NCBI RefSeq assembly: GCF_009914755.1
Contig: NC_060929.1
From: the human T2T-CHM13v2.0 reference genome, Homo sapiens
DNA: 64,000 nucleotides
Reading direction: 5' to 3' (one strand)
Part shown: positions 1 through 25,854 of the stretch, in pieces
Numbering within the stretch: position 1 is the first letter of the stretch
How the letters are laid out: each line of letters opens with the position of its first letter
Made by a program: the position numbers and the translations under genes
The notes under the pieces: model-generated
What the model was told of the DNA's origin: nothing
The model's database searches: none
Seen by the model: only the letters and a program-made list of their open reading frames with translations

Positions 1-324
1 ACAATGATTTAAAATTTGAGAGAAATACAGAACATGATGTTTTTATTTACCTTCATTGAGCATTATAGAGAGGAAACGAATATCAAAGGAATACACAGAC
101 TAGATAAACTAAAAAAATTATTTTAGTTATTTGTTTACATAGCAGTCTGTCACACAAATTCCAGAATTATATAGTTTAAGGAACCCTCAAGAGATCAAAC
201 AGTTCACAACTCTGAAACTTTTCTAACTGCCTATTCATTATTCCTAGAAATCTAGAGACAAGATTTCATGATTTTACTAGGTAAATTTTAAGTCTTTCTA
301 CCATGATCATCAAGAAGTCTTCTA

Positions 325-645
<321 letters not shown>

Positions 646-909
646 TTAATTATTAGTTTCTATAACACAGAATATGGAGTGCAATTGACCCAAAGAAAGA
701 TCAGGGATCTCCCAACTTATTAGTAAGGGTCTCTCCTGTGATCCAGAAGTTTTAGCCAAAGCTATCTTCTGGAAGTTTAATTCAGGTTTATGTATGATCC
801 TCTACCTTCTGTTGTACTTGACAACCCCTTTTTCTCGGCTCAGTGGAAATGGAAATGGAATTGCTTATTCATTGTTATCTGGAAAAATCTCCTAGCTTAT
901 GTATACACT

Positions 910-1261
<352 letters not shown>

Positions 1262-1388
1262 TAAGTAAATTATCCTCAGTTCCTTGAGTCAGCTTCGAAA
1301 ATCAATGCTCTCTTGTCCTGGATTTTAAATAAATCAGAGTGTGATAACAAAGAAATGACCTTCTAAAGCTGTAGAATGCCTTTGTCTT

Positions 1389-1710
<322 letters not shown>

Positions 1711-1789
1711 TCACAAAGCAAACATTTTTCTTCTACGAATAAAGGTTGCTTTCCTTTAAAAGGATTGAATGCTGAAGCATCCCGAGCAG

Positions 1790-2310
1790 CTACATTAGTT
1801 TCCTGTGTTATGTAACAAATAGCATATGTTTCTAATCTCGCCATGTCTGTGGGCCAGGAGTCCAGGCACAGCGTAGCTGGACCCTCAGCCGTGCAAGTCA
1901 GGAGCTGCATACCAGATGTCAGCTGAGTTGCATCTCATTTGAAGGCTCCACTGGGAGAGAGCTGGCTTCAGAGCTTGCTTTGGATTGGCAGAATTCATTT
2001 CCTTGTAGAGGGGTTGTGTTTCTTGTTGACTATTGGCTGGAGGCTGCACTCAGCTTCTAGAGGCTTCCCATAGTGTTTTGCCATGTGGGCTTCTTCAACA
2101 TGGCCGCCGACTCAAGCCGGCAAGGAGAATCCCTAGTGTGAATCTGCTGGCACAATGGAGTTTCAGATAACGCAATAAAATCACAGGAATGACATCTCAT
2201 CACTGTTGCTGTATTCTGTGGGTTAGAAACCTGTCATCCCATACTCAAGAAGAGTGAACGCCAGAAGGCAGGTATCATTAACAGGGGTCACCCTAGGGTC
2301 TACCCACTAG
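1790..2310 (-). mobile_element. MLT1-family (MaLR) LTR
   Basis: tctgtgggccaggagtccaggcacagc...ttggcagaattcatttccttg...caacatggc motifs. Confidence 0.65.
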
Positions 2311-2353
2311 AGCAGCCTTTAATCCTTTCTGTATGGAGATGGAGAGTATGTGA

Positions 2354-3150
<797 letters not shown>

Positions 3151-3384
3151 TTCCTTTCTAGAATTATGCAAAGTTCAAACCTGAGAGCACTTTGATTTAC
3201 CCTATAACTATCACAAAATATTATTCTTCGTATACAAAATGATATACTAACTGGTTAGAAATATAATGGTATTTAATGTTTATCATTGTTAAAAGTAGTT
3301 CATTAATCTTTGCTTATGTACAGTCACCTGTTATTTATGGATGTCTTTGCATATTAGTGTTAAATATTGCTAGATTTATTCTTT

Positions 3385-3683
3385 TTTTGCTTTTTTTTTT
3401 GGAGACAGAGTGTTGCTCTGTCACCCCAGCAGGAGTGCAGTGCTGTGATCTCGGCTCACTGTAACTTCCGCCTCCTGGGTTCAAGTGATTCTCGTGCCTC
3501 AGCCTCCTGAGCAGCTGGGATTACAGGCATGTGCCACCATGCCCAGCTAATTTTTGTATTTTTAGTAGAGACAGGGTTTCGCCATGTTGGCCAGGCTGGT
3601 CTCTAACTCCTGACCTCAGGTGATCCACCTGCCTCAGCCTCCCAAAGTGCTGGGATTACAGGCGTAAGCCACTGCGACTGGCC
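3385..3683 (-). mobile_element. AluS
   Basis: Full dimer, antisense. Confidence 0.9.
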
Positions 3684-3719
3684 CATTTCTGCAATTAGAT
3701 TGACAAGTTTGGCTCATAG

Positions 3720-5008
<1,289 letters not shown>

Positions 5009-5833
5009 TTAAATTTACTGTTTCAAAATATCAGCTGTTGATATTTAATTCACTATTTAAATTGTACAAATAGTTTTTAGTATACTCACAAACTTGTGCG
5101 ACCATCACCATAATCAATTTTAGAACATTTTCATCATTCCCTCCCCAAAAATGCCTACCCGCTGGCATTCATCTCCCATTGCCCCTCACCTCGGTCCTCC
5201 AGCAGTAGGCAAACATTAATCTACTTTCTGTCTCTGTCGATTTGCCTGTTTCCCTGCTCTGTGGGTGTGGGTTCCTCTTTTCTTCTCCATGCACACATTT
5301 AATCTATTTCCTCACTTACCGCCACCTCTGCTCACTGTGGCCCGGTGCCAATCCAAACATCTCCCTCTCCAACTGTTACCATACTTTATTTAGCTTTGTT
5401 CCCATAAATGCTCTACGTCAGTAATGAGTGGCTCTCTGCCAGCTGCCCATGGCCACTGTCCCTAGCCACCGTGGAATTTCCTAAGCAGTTTTCTGCTCCT
5501 AAAGAAGCCAGCACGGCTCACTCTGTGCCTCTGCTTTACCTGCCACAGGGCAGAGGAGCGCCTCTCAAGGTATATCACCAGGACAGCAGACTTTCTGGTC
5601 TCCCCTCATCTCCTGCTCAACTTTAAAAGATACGATCGTTTTATTACTTTGCATTTATATAGCCCCCTTTCTGGAAGCTCTTCAGCCCCCAATGGCACTT
5701 TTTACAACACTCTCCTGAGGGTTGCCACGACAGTACTCCTTCCACACTTGTTCCCACTCTGTCACCTTCTCAGTGCCAACACCTTTCCCCATCAATTCAC
5801 TAAGAAAATTCAGAAAGTATTCCAAACGAATTT

Positions 5834-5905
5834 TTTTTTTATTATACTTTAAGTTTTAGGGTACATGTGCACAACGTGCAGGTTAGTTACATATGTATAC
5901 ATGTG
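5834..5905 (-). mobile_element. Very short young L1PA 3'-end insertion
   Basis: Poly-T plus attatactttaagttttagggtacatgtgcacaacgtgcaggttagttacatatgtatacatgtg; 12-bp TSD ccaaacgaattt (5822-5833, 5906-5917). Confidence 0.9.
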
Positions 5906-6441
5906 CCAAACGAATTTGTAACTGAATAGTGAGAGCTCTTCTGAATAGAGTATATTTAAACCATAAGAAAAAGCAGCAGGGTTTTACCAAAATACGATTT
6001 ACTAAAAATGTAAAATATGATTTCAACTGAATTTTTTCTTCCTACCAATAGGATAAGATGAGGATGCAGCAAAGTTATTCTAATAGATGACATAGTTATG
6101 TACATAACAATCGTAATTACTACAATATCTTATTTTACTCAAAATCCCAGTAAAATTTTACCTTGCACCACTTAATAAATAAATAGGATCATGCGACATA
6201 ATTAACTATCTCTTTCCCTCTCTTATGAAAGAGAAGGTTTAAATAAGTCAAAATGTCAAATAACTAATAAATAACCTTAACTTGACATTGAATTTGGTTG
6301 GTTTTTTGAAGAGTTTCTTCTTGATTAGTTAGGCTAAAAAATTGTGTTGTTGCTGTTTTTTGCATTTACTTTTGAAGGCAAGTATTTCTGGGTTTCGGAA
6401 AAATTCATTTTCAACCAAACTATAGAAGATCTGATGGACAA

Positions 6442-6837
<396 letters not shown>

Positions 6838-7121
6838 TTAGGGGAAAAAAAATCAAACTAGTTAAGTGACCTAAGTGTGAATTTGAGGATTTGTCACGGA
6901 AATCATCTCTTGGTTTCTTAGCTCTTGAAGGAGGATGGGATGGAGTCAGATGCCAAGGAGCTATTCACACAAGGAGTTCAGCAAATCATCATAAATTCAG
7001 TCTTCTTGTCTTCAAGAGGGATTGAACGCATCAAACGATCTCTCAAAAGCTACTCAAGTATACAAGCTCAGAGACTGAAGTACATTTTAAAAGTTACTCA
7101 AGTAACCTGAGCACATTCTTA

Positions 7122-7481
<360 letters not shown>

Positions 7482-7999
7482 TCACCTTTTATCCTCATTG
7501 CCATGTCCACTCCTTCCCCCAGAGTAACCAGGACTGGAGTTTGGTGCCCAGTCTTCCCACCTCCGTTCTGCACATTTACATGCGTACACCTACACATATA
7601 TCATAGAGATTTTTAGTGTAAAACGATCATGCCATATACATTGTTCTACAAGTTGCTTTTTCCACTTAACTATGTATTGGGGATCTCCTCCTATCAGTTC
7701 ATTTACCTCTACATCAGTCTTTTTTGGTGTAAATTTAAGGAGTACAAATACAATTCTGTTACATGGATATATGGCATATACCTCACTCTTTTTAGTGGCT
7801 GAAATGTATTCCACAGTATAGATAAACAACTTAATCAGTTCTGTTGCGATGGACATTTAACTTATGTCAAAATGTTCACTATTCCAGTGGTTCTGCCATA
7901 AACACCCTTTTACAAACAACTGCATGCTGAGTGTTTCTATAAGATACATTCCATGTTATTAATTAAACATGAATTGAACAAAGCAGCTTATGTTGTGTT

Positions 8000-8687
<688 letters not shown>

Positions 8688-8971
8688 CTCCTTTAACTGT
8701 TTCTTTAGTGACTTCTCCTAAGGAACTTTAGAATGGCTACTCACTAAGGAAACAGAATACCCTAGTGGCAGGAAAATTAAGATTCCGAAGCTGAGGTTAA
8801 GTAAGACCTAGAATTTGAGACGAGCAATTGGAAAGCAATTTCACTCTCCCAAAGAGTTTCTTAATGAAAGTGGCCTTGAAATAGGTTTACCATTCTTGGT
8901 AACTCTACTATTTTTAGTTCCTTGGGTAAAGTTAATACTCGGTTATATTATAGGCTTTTAAAATAAAAGAA

Positions 8972-9338
<367 letters not shown>

Positions 9339-9391
9339 TCATCTCTCACTATAGACAGCCACCCTGGAGACAACATGGAAGCATCATTGAT

Positions 9392-9761
<370 letters not shown>

Positions 9762-10184
9762 TGACCTGGAAATTTTAATATCTTTTCCAAAGGTCGTTAC
9801 CCACTTTGAGGTAATATAGCCTTAGCTAAGTCTGAAATCATAGCTCTTTTCAGCCTTTTGGTCTGTCCTGTCAGTTTTATTTTTATTTATTTATTTGTCT
9901 CAGTAAAAGGGGAAAGGGGAGAAATGAGTAGGTTTGCTTTCTGCAAAGGCCAGATCACTGGGCAAAGAGGAACATAAATGTCAGATGGGCCTTACACACT
10001 GAATTGTATTGCACCTGACATGTTAGTAAAACAGTGGCAATTCTTCCAGCTACATCAAAGACACACCCACCAGTCTGAGATGTGCTCCCACTCTTAACCA
10101 AGCTCTTAAGGGGCTGGGGTGTCAATTCTATTCCAGTTACCACTGACCTGACATCTCCCACTTGTTCCTCATGAGAAAAGTTTA

Positions 10185-10485
10185 TTTTCTTTCTTTTGGA
10201 GATGGAGTATCCCTCTGTCACCCAGGCTAGAGTGCACTGGTGCAAACTTGGCTCACTGCAACCTCCGCCTCCCCCGGTACAAGCAATTCTCCTGCCTCAG
10301 CCTCCGGAGTAGCTGGGACTACAAGCATGCGCTACCATGCCCGGCTAATGTTTTTTGTATTTTTAGTAGACACGGGGGTTTCACCATGTTGGCCAGGCTG
10401 GTTTTGAACTCCTGAGCTCAGGCAATCCACCCGCCTCAGCCTCCCAAAATACTAGGATTACAGGCGTGAGCCACCACGCCCAGAC
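10185..10485 (-). mobile_element. AluS
   Basis: Full dimer, antisense. Confidence 0.9.
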
Positions 10486-10980
10486 AAAAAGTTTCTTTTC
10501 AATGGTGGTTTGTGTGTTCATTGACAGGCATCTTTCAGATTGCCTAACTTCAAAAATAAAAGAATGTTTTTGGTTTGCAATAGAAAAATAAGCCTATAAA
10601 GGCTATTAGAATTTGAACTAAGAGTTGAACCTTAAGACAGGGATGATATGAAATTACGATCTAGAAAGATGAGATTGAAGAGATCAGTTCTTTGGCTGAT
10701 GGGATTTAAATGACTGAAATAGACAAGATGAAGTACCAGTGTCCAGCCCCCGTGGTCTCTCCACTGTGCTATTTCATCAGGAGTAAAGTAGGGAGAGTAA
10801 CAAAGTGGCGTGATGGAAGCAGGGAGGTCCCTCCATCTTTCATTTCTGAAACTTATTACCATCCTTTACTTCCCTCCCTGTCCCCTTCCATGAAACATGC
10901 TCATAACACTCCACAATTATCACTTTTGTTTTTCTCCTACCCCAGGTAAATTATTTCCATGGAAGTAGCTCAGTTATGTG

Positions 10981-11002
10981 CGTGTGTGTGTGTGTGTGTG
11001 TG
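10981..11002 (+). repeat. (GT)n microsatellite
   Basis: Direct reading. Confidence 0.9.
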
Positions 11003-11056
11003 TTTACAGGTGGTTATTAGGACTTACAATTCTACCAGTGGTATAGAGAGTTTTAG

Positions 11057-11434
<378 letters not shown>

Positions 11435-11617
11435 TAAATATATAAAATATGTGGAGTGTTATGAGCATGTTTCATGGAAACATGAAGGCACTGTCTCATT
11501 GTGGTTTTAATTTTCATTTCCTTGATGATTAATAATGTTGAGCACATTTTCTTTGCTTATAAATATGCATACATTTTTAACCCAGCAATTACATTTCTGG
11601 GACTTTACCCAGAAGAA

Positions 11618-11619
<2 letters not shown>

Positions 11620-11656
<37 letters not shown>
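11620..11656 (+). repeat. (CA)n microsatellite
   Basis: Direct reading. Confidence 0.95.
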
Positions 11657-11659
<3 letters not shown>

Positions 11660-12159
11660 AGAAACTGGGAATATCCAACAATTGTATTTTGGTGAAATAT
11701 ATTATTTTTGGTGCATTCATACTGGGAAGTATTACAGTTGCCTAATGATGACCATCACCATTAATATCTCAAGGTGGTTAACTCTAAGTGATAGAACAAC
11801 AAGTGATTTTTAATATGTTCTTAGCTTTTATTTTCTGAATTTTTCATAGTGATTATATATTGCTTTTATATTCAGAAGAAATGGCAAGGGATACTTCTAC
11901 TTTATTTTGGAACAAATGAAAAATACAATCTTAACCTGACAGAATACCAACAATTCAATCATGAGCAATGTTTTTTGGGGGTCAATGAGTTCCTCATTTA
12001 AAATGCAAGAGGTGTGCCCATGTCTTTCTAAGTCCTATTCTATCTTTAAAAAAAATTGGGACTCCTTGGAAGAATGGCTGGATACGGGGCTGGGGCAGGA
12101 AAAGCACAAGGTTAGCCAGGAACACAGGAACATTCTGATATGCCAGAAAGTAAGAAAGT

Positions 12160-12288
12160 GAGAAGGAAGGAAGGAAGAAGCAAGGAAGGGAGGGAGGGAG
12201 GGAGGGGAGGGGAGGGGAGTGGAGTTGGGAGGGGGGAAGGAGGGAAGGGGAGGGGAGGGGAGGAGAAGGAAGGGGAAGGGAAGGAAAA
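12160..12288 (+). repeat. Polypurine (GGAA/GGGA)n low-complexity tract
   Basis: gaaggaaggaagg...gggagggagggaggggagggg. Confidence 0.9.
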
Positions 12289-12426
12289 TATCGGGACATG
12301 TCAAAAGGACAAGAGCTAGTTTGAAGGAGAAGGAGAGCCCGCTGGCCAAGTCTGGGATAATTTTGAGCTAAAAATAAATCAGGACAGTAAAGGATTACAA
12401 CTTATTGAATAAAACATTAATCATCA

Positions 12427-12728
<302 letters not shown>

Positions 12729-13629
12729 TTAATCATCAATTCAGGCAGCTGATAAGTAGGTAAATAAATAGATGGAGGTAGTAAGGGAGGGCTTTCCTTA
12801 TAGTGAGATGTACATTAGATTGATACATGTGGAGGGAGGGATGGAGTTGAAAAATCACTGTTTTGCTATCATCAAAGCAAAAAATTGGGCAAGAAATAGC
12901 ATTGATTGCTAAATCTAGGGAGATAAAGTCTGATGAAAGACAGGATATTTAGTCAGTCCTAACGTGGCTCTCCACAGATTACTTATTAGTTGCAAAAGAA
13001 AAATAGTAACTTATCAGTGAAGAAACTGGACAATACTGGGATCAGGTGACTAAAATTAACCCAGGGACAGATTGACACACTGTGCCTCCAGGTACCCTGA
13101 AAAGAATATAACATCACTTTTTTCATAGTTTGGCAGGGGACCAAAAACCTGAATTAAGTCACGAGGAAACACCAGGCAAGCCCAACTGAAGAACATTCTA
13201 TAAAACAACCGATTTGTGTTCTTTAAATATATCAATGTCATGAAAGAGAAAGAAATTCTGAAGAACCATTCCAGATTAAAGAAGATTAGAGAAACATGAC
13301 CCCTTCAGGCATATATGTGATCCTTGGTTGAAACTTGGACTGGGGGGATGCTGTAAAGAACTTTATTGGTATAATTGACAAAATTGGAATATGGATTATA
13401 GAGTAGGTGAAAGTACGTATCAAGGTTAAATTTTCTGATTTGATAATTGTATTTGGATTATGTAAGAAACTATATTTGTTCTTAGGAACTACACATTGAA
13501 GTATTAAGAGTATAATAAAGGCATGATCTTTATAACCTCAAATGGTTTGGAAAAAATAAATACAGAGGGAGGGAAGAAGAGAGAATAATTAAACAAATGT
13601 GGCAAAATGTAAAAAAGTTGGTTAATCTG

Positions 13630-13992
<363 letters not shown>

Positions 13993-14439
13993 TTACGTTT
14001 GGAATTATTCAAAATCATGCCCGACCTAAAATTTAATTTTTATTTGCTCCCAACCATTTGATTTTGCCCTCCAAAGAGCAGCTACACTTATGACTAAGAC
14101 TTTTTGTTTTATTTCATGAACACCAATGTTAGTTCAAGAGAAATCATTCCAGTAGATGAGATCAGTTGTTGGGTGGAAATGTGTGTTTAGAAATACTGAT
14201 GATACTTTAGGGAAATATCCACCCAGCATTGCACCAAGTCCACACATGGTCCAAATAGAACTAGGGAAGAAATCCTAATCTGAATTTTTTAACCTCTTAT
14301 ATAATGAACATTTCATGGTATAATTTATGGTTTTCCAACCACATTTCAGCTTGTATGACTAAGTAAAGCCTGCCAGTTTATTATCCAGAATACAAAGTTA
14401 GGTGTGCAAAAACATAATCTTGTGTGTCTATAATTAGAC

Positions 14440-14744
14440 TTTATTTATTTATTTTTCTTTTTTTGAGATAGAGTCTGGCTCTGTCACCCAGGCTGGAGTG
14501 CAATGGCAAGATCTCGGCTTTGCAGCCTCCGCCTCCTGGGTTCAAGCAATTCTCCCACCTCAGCCTCCAGAGCAGTTGAGACTACAGGCACACTACACCA
14601 TGCTCAGCTAATTTTTGTATTTTTAGTAGAGATGGGGTTTCACCATGTTGGCCAGGTTGGTCTCGAACTCCCAACCTCAAGTGATCCACCCGCCTCGGCC
14701 TCCTAAAGTGCTGGGATTATAGGCATGAGCCACCGCACCCAGCC
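14440..14744 (-). mobile_element. AluS
   Basis: Full dimer, antisense. Confidence 0.9.
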
Positions 14745-14989
14745 TTTAATTTCTATCTAAAGCCTTCACTCTGCTTTTGTATGAAAACTTAATTTTAGTC
14801 AATTTGGGTGAAACTGTCAATTCAGGATGTTTTCAGTCATTTACGGGTTTTCCCACTTCTTTCTAGCGTCCCATATAGGCTTTAAGGGGAGATCCTCTTA
14901 AACCATACTAAGACGTGGCATGAGAAAGGAGCTTTGTAGTGAATTCCTATAATTTTACTTTGCATTCATTTTGAACACAAGTGGACTTC

Positions 14990-16100
<1,111 letters not shown>

Positions 16101-16619
16101 GAAGGCGGCTCTCTCCTGGCCTTTGCGGTTGCGTGTCCCCGTCCTGCACAAGACCCTTTGGATTCCTTGACCCTCTCTCCGCTCCTCCAGACCACTCTTG
16201 GGGTATGGAAACCATCATCTTGCTCTTCTCCCCTGCCACTCTAGACCACCTCGGACTTCTCTTATGATATGCCCCCCGGCCCTGCCACCCCATCATCTAC
16301 CCTACCAGCCCTTTCCATGGTGTGTGGGGAATTCTACGAAATGTGCTCTTTTGGGGGCTACCAATGGGGAGTGAGACATAGGTCTCCTCTACTCAGATTC
16401 CCAAGTCAACATTATGGGTTGCAGGGCAGGAATGCTGACATTCCTCTGCACATATTCAGGGGACTCAGGGGCAGTCCCAGGGAGCAAGGGGCTCTGCCTC
16501 TGCCCTGCTCTCCACAGACTCTTCTTCCCAGAGGAGCTTTAGTAAAGGGAGGTGGGGGAAAGGGAACAAGGAGTCCTTCAGGGCCCTGCTCTGCTCTTAA
16601 TACTTGCAGTGCCTTATGC

Positions 16620-16920
16620 TGAGCTCACGCCTGTAATCTCAGCACTTTGGGAGGCCGAGGTGGGTGGATCACCTGAGGTCAGGAGTTCAAGACCAGCCTA
16701 GCCAACATGGAGAAATCCCATCTCTATTAAAAATACAAAAATTAGCCAGGCATGGTGGGCACCTGTACTCCCAGTTACTTGGGAGGCTGAGGCAGGAGGA
16801 TCGCTTGAACCCAGGAGGTGGAGGTTGCAGTGGAGCCGAGATGACTCCACTGCACTCCAGCCTGTGCAACAGAGTGAGACTCCATCTTAAAAACAAAACA
16901 AAGCAAAACAAAACAAAAAA
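16620..16920 (+). mobile_element. AluS/J
   Basis: Dimer with slight 5' truncation. Confidence 0.88.
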
Positions 16921-16990
16921 TACTTGTAGTGTCTTTTATGATGGTGTACAAATTAAAAGCATTACACAGGAAAGAAATCACATCCATTAA

Positions 16991-17297
<307 letters not shown>

Positions 17298-17563
17298 ACA
17301 TTAACTATTTAAAATACCCATGACTGAGTTTTTCCAAAGTTGGAATCAGAGGAAGCACGGTTTCTCTTCTGTGTAAACTTTAAGGTGTTAGTCTGTCCAG
17401 CACTTGGAAGGGAGGGTGTTTGCTACATGAACTTTCACCGCATGGTGCAGTGTTCCTAGGGTAGATTCTGCAAACTGGTTCACCCAGTGTGCCTCTCTGA
17501 CCTTCTCCTAACATGCAGCTAACCTCATAGCACTAACTGTATGCTGCACACTATTTTGTTTGA

Positions 17564-17775
<212 letters not shown>

Positions 17776-17779
17776 AACT

Positions 17780-17960
17780 TTAAATGTATTAATTCATGTT
17801 ATCCTCATAAAATCCCTATGAGGTACATACCACTATTATCCCCATTCTCCAGATGGAGAAACTGAGGTAAAGAGAGATTAATTAATTTCCCAGAGTTATA
17901 GTTAGAAAGTCACAAAGCCAGGATTGGAACCTAGGTAGTCTGGGGTCCGAGTTTATGCTA
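17780..17960 (-). mobile_element. MIR
   Basis: Core attatccccattctccagatggagaaactgagg. Confidence 0.75.
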
Positions 17961-18061
17961 TTGATAACTACAATATGCTACTATGATCAAAAACATCTGT
18001 GTTAGCTGAAAATGGAGGAAATCCATTTTTCCTAAACAATTACAGATATAGGCTCAGAATC

Positions 18062-18322
<261 letters not shown>

Positions 18323-18639
18323 AGTGACTCATATTTTATTTAACAATTCTGTTGACAGAACAAAAATAATTTTCAATGCACACCCATTTCCTTAAAAAGA
18401 ACCTTGTTTCCAAAAGAATCATGAAAAATAAAATAAAAATAGATTACATTCTGTATTAGGAAACCCTTGGTGATCTACTAAGGACTGTGGCAAAATTACC
18501 TGCCACCAGATGTGTAGGCACAGCTCTGCTAGATCTTTCCACTTTAAATTTCGCTTTCAGCTTAGTCTCCAGCTCAGCAAGAAGTAACCTTCCTTCATGA
18601 AATTTACATCTTCTCAACGTGAGGCGGCTGCTGACTAAG

Positions 18640-19162
18640 TGTTTTAGCCAACTGTTCTACATAACAAATTACCCCCCAAATTTAGTAGTTTAAAACAACC
18701 AAACAATTTTTATGATCTCACAGTTTCTGTGGGACAGTTTTTGTAAGGCGGGATGGCCTAACCAGATCCTCTGGCTCCAGATCTCTTACAAAACGGCAGT
18801 CAAGGTTTGGTGTGGGGCTGTAGACCAGGTTTCTGGCTCACTGTTCAAATGGGGGAGGATCCATTTCTGAGCTCATTCGTGCGGCCATTGGGAGGCCTGA
18901 GGCCCTCAATGGCTGTCAGCCGGAGACATCACTTTCATGCCACATTGACTTCTCCATAGGGCAGCTCTACAAAATGACAGCTTCCCTTTCTCAAACCAAG
19001 GGCTCCACAAAAGGGAAAGAGGTATCACAGTCTTCTGTGATCTAATCACTTGCGCCATGTCCTGTTTGTTGGAAGCAAGTGACTAGGTTCACCCATACAC
19101 AAGGAGAGAAGATTACACAGCCATGAACCCTGGGAGCCATGTTAGAGGCTGTCTGCCCTACC
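18640..19162 (-). mobile_element. MLT1-family LTR just upstream of the SVA
   Basis: ataacaaattaccccccaaatttagtagtttaaaacaac...ctcacagtttctgtggg...gggagccatgttagaggctg. Confidence 0.65.
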
Positions 19163-19198
19163 GAGTAATTTTTTTCTTCCTGTTAATTAGCATTTTTG

Positions 19199-21620
<2,422 letters not shown>

Positions 21621-22210
21621 GTCTCCATCCTGTTGTAATAAAATGTTATAATAAAAAGAAACCCCATCTCTACTAAAAATACATACGTGGAGGTATGTGT
21701 TCAGGTATTTGGACTCCCAGATGAACAATCTGTAACATTTGGAGGTAGGAGGCTCCCTTTGTTTGGAATATGCCTACCCCCCTCCGGTATACCTTTGCCC
21801 TGCCTATGATCTGTGAGTTAGAGTTAATTATGCATGAAAAGAGACTGAAGAGACTCAGTGGGTGTCCAGGTCTAGGAAATGCAGCTGAATAGAGCAGCAG
21901 TGCTGTGGGACCACCAGGTCCACTGTGCTTCCAAGACTTTGTTCTGAATAGTCTTGGGGCCCAAGCTCGGTGTGGAGAGGGTGAATGAAGGATGGGTGGT
22001 TTGGGCAGGGGAGAAGAAATGCACTTGGCACGAAAACTGCTGAGAGGACATTCCGTGAACCCCCTGGGGGGGGGTGGCTTGGCAAGTCATTTCACCCCTC
22101 TGGGCTTGAGTTTATCCTCTCTAAAATGACATGGTTGAAGAAGATACTCTCTACATTTTGTGACTAGTAGAGAGAATTTGTGAGACCACTAATTAAGAAT
22201 GAGTGTATTA

Positions 22211-22432
<222 letters not shown>

Positions 22433-23112
22433 TTAGGTGTTTAAAAATGAGAGGTAGAAATAAATGCTGATTTACAATGTTATACACAATTTATAAGATT
22501 TTAAAGATTTTTTTTCTAATTTTGATAAAGTTCCATGTTGTTGTGAAGACTATTGCTTTGTAAATAGTGTGGGGGGTACGTGTGTGTGTGTGGACAGTAC
22601 ATGTACTCTTCTGTACACACACGCACATGCACACCACACATGATTACCATGGAAGCCGCCATGTCAGTGCGCCATGATTCTGCCCGTGTGCAGGTGACTG
22701 CCTCAGGGCTGTGTACTTATCCCAGCTGAGACACTCTCAATCCTTACTCTGGAGATTTAGATCTGAAAGTCCCAGGGTTATAAATTTTTAAGTCAGGGGC
22801 TTTAGGATGCACATTTTCCCTCACTTGGACCAGAGAAAACTGATCCAGAGAGAAAGTGGGGAGGAAACAGAGTAAACAAACTGAGAGGAGCCCCTGAGAT
22901 GGAGAAAGAACGTAGGCAGCATTTGCATTTCTGGTTCCAGTAACTGGGGAGGCCCTGCTATTTCCTGTCATTGAGTTTCTGAGATAGAACAGGATCCTTA
23001 TGACAACTTCCCCCTTTGGTTAAAGCACAATCAATTTGGGTTTCTCTCTTTCGCAACCAAAGGGAAAAAAATCAATAGCTAACTCACAAGTTCATTGTAG
23101 GGAAAAAGTTCA

Positions 23113-23472
<360 letters not shown>

Positions 23473-23599
23473 TCAATAAAAATAAAATAATATATAAAAA
23501 GGAGAAAAAAATGACCAATAAATCCATTGCTTTGAGATAACTTATCTTAACATTTGGGAATGTTTTCCTGCTACTTTTCCATGCATTTATGTAAATTAA

Positions 23600-23926
<327 letters not shown>

Positions 23927-23969
23927 ATGATTTTTAAATTCATACTTTTTTCACTGAATATATTGTGGC

Positions 23970-24530
<561 letters not shown>

Positions 24531-24557
24531 TTATGGACATTTTCTTATGTCAGTTAA

Positions 24558-24882
<325 letters not shown>

Positions 24883-25380
24883 CACAATATAATTATTATG
24901 ATTATGACGATTTGTGTTTATGAGATTTTTGTAAATGTATTCTTGTAGTATGAGTGCAAAGACAAATTCAGTTTGATTTGATCTATTTCTGAGAATAAGA
25001 TCTGTGATGTAATTAATAGGAAAGAAAAAATGGCTAACATGGAGGGGCGATATTGATTTCTACTAAATGAGATAAAGAATAAAGTATTTGCATAATGTAA
25101 TTTCCTTGAAAACTGATCATTGATAAAAGCCACTCTTTCTTTCTCCTTTACCATTTACCCAAACACAAGGAAGTAGTTCTAGAAATAAAAATAGTTTTTA
25201 GAAAAAAAAGTCAACATTTACTAAGCACTCCCTATGACCAACATTGTACTATGCACCTTTCATGGACTACTTTTTAAAATACTCAAGTAATTATATGTAA
25301 TATCTAGTCAAAAAATGGGTATTTCAAATTCCCCTCTTGATACTTACTGCAAGAGAAACGACATCAATATAAGTTTTGCT

Positions 25381-25530
25381 GGCCAGGTGCATAGCTAGAC
25401 TATACCTATAGTCCTAGCTACTCAGGAGGCCAAGGTGGGAGGATTGCTTGAGCCCAGGATTTTGAATCCACCCTGGCCAACATGACAAGACCCTATCTCT
25501 TAAAATGAATAAATAAACAAATAAATAAAA
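25381..25530 (+). mobile_element. FLAM monomer
   Basis: Single Alu arm with A-rich tail. Confidence 0.8.
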
Positions 25531-25854
25531 TAGGGGTACTCAATAGATAAAATATTTATTTATTTATTTTTAATGGTTTAATGTTTAATGATAATCATTG
25601 TTTTGCCATGGGGTAACTAGACATGACTGGCAGTTTATATAAATAACCCATAATTAGTCCACTTCAGTACAAACCAAATAATCAGTTTCTCTCTTTTCTT
25701 TTTGTGAATTTTCCTGGGTCATATTGACAATTTTTCCTAATACTACACACTGTTTCATCTTTGTCTTTTTCATGCATGCTTCATTGACACATATAAAATT
25801 AAATGTCTGCATCTTGAAGGTGCCAACAGTTAGTTCTTTGGTTCCCAAATCTTT

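Noticed and set aside
12160-12288. Polypurine tract as a functional triplex or G4 element
   Set aside because: Common low-complexity expansion inside an old L1; nothing suggests function.
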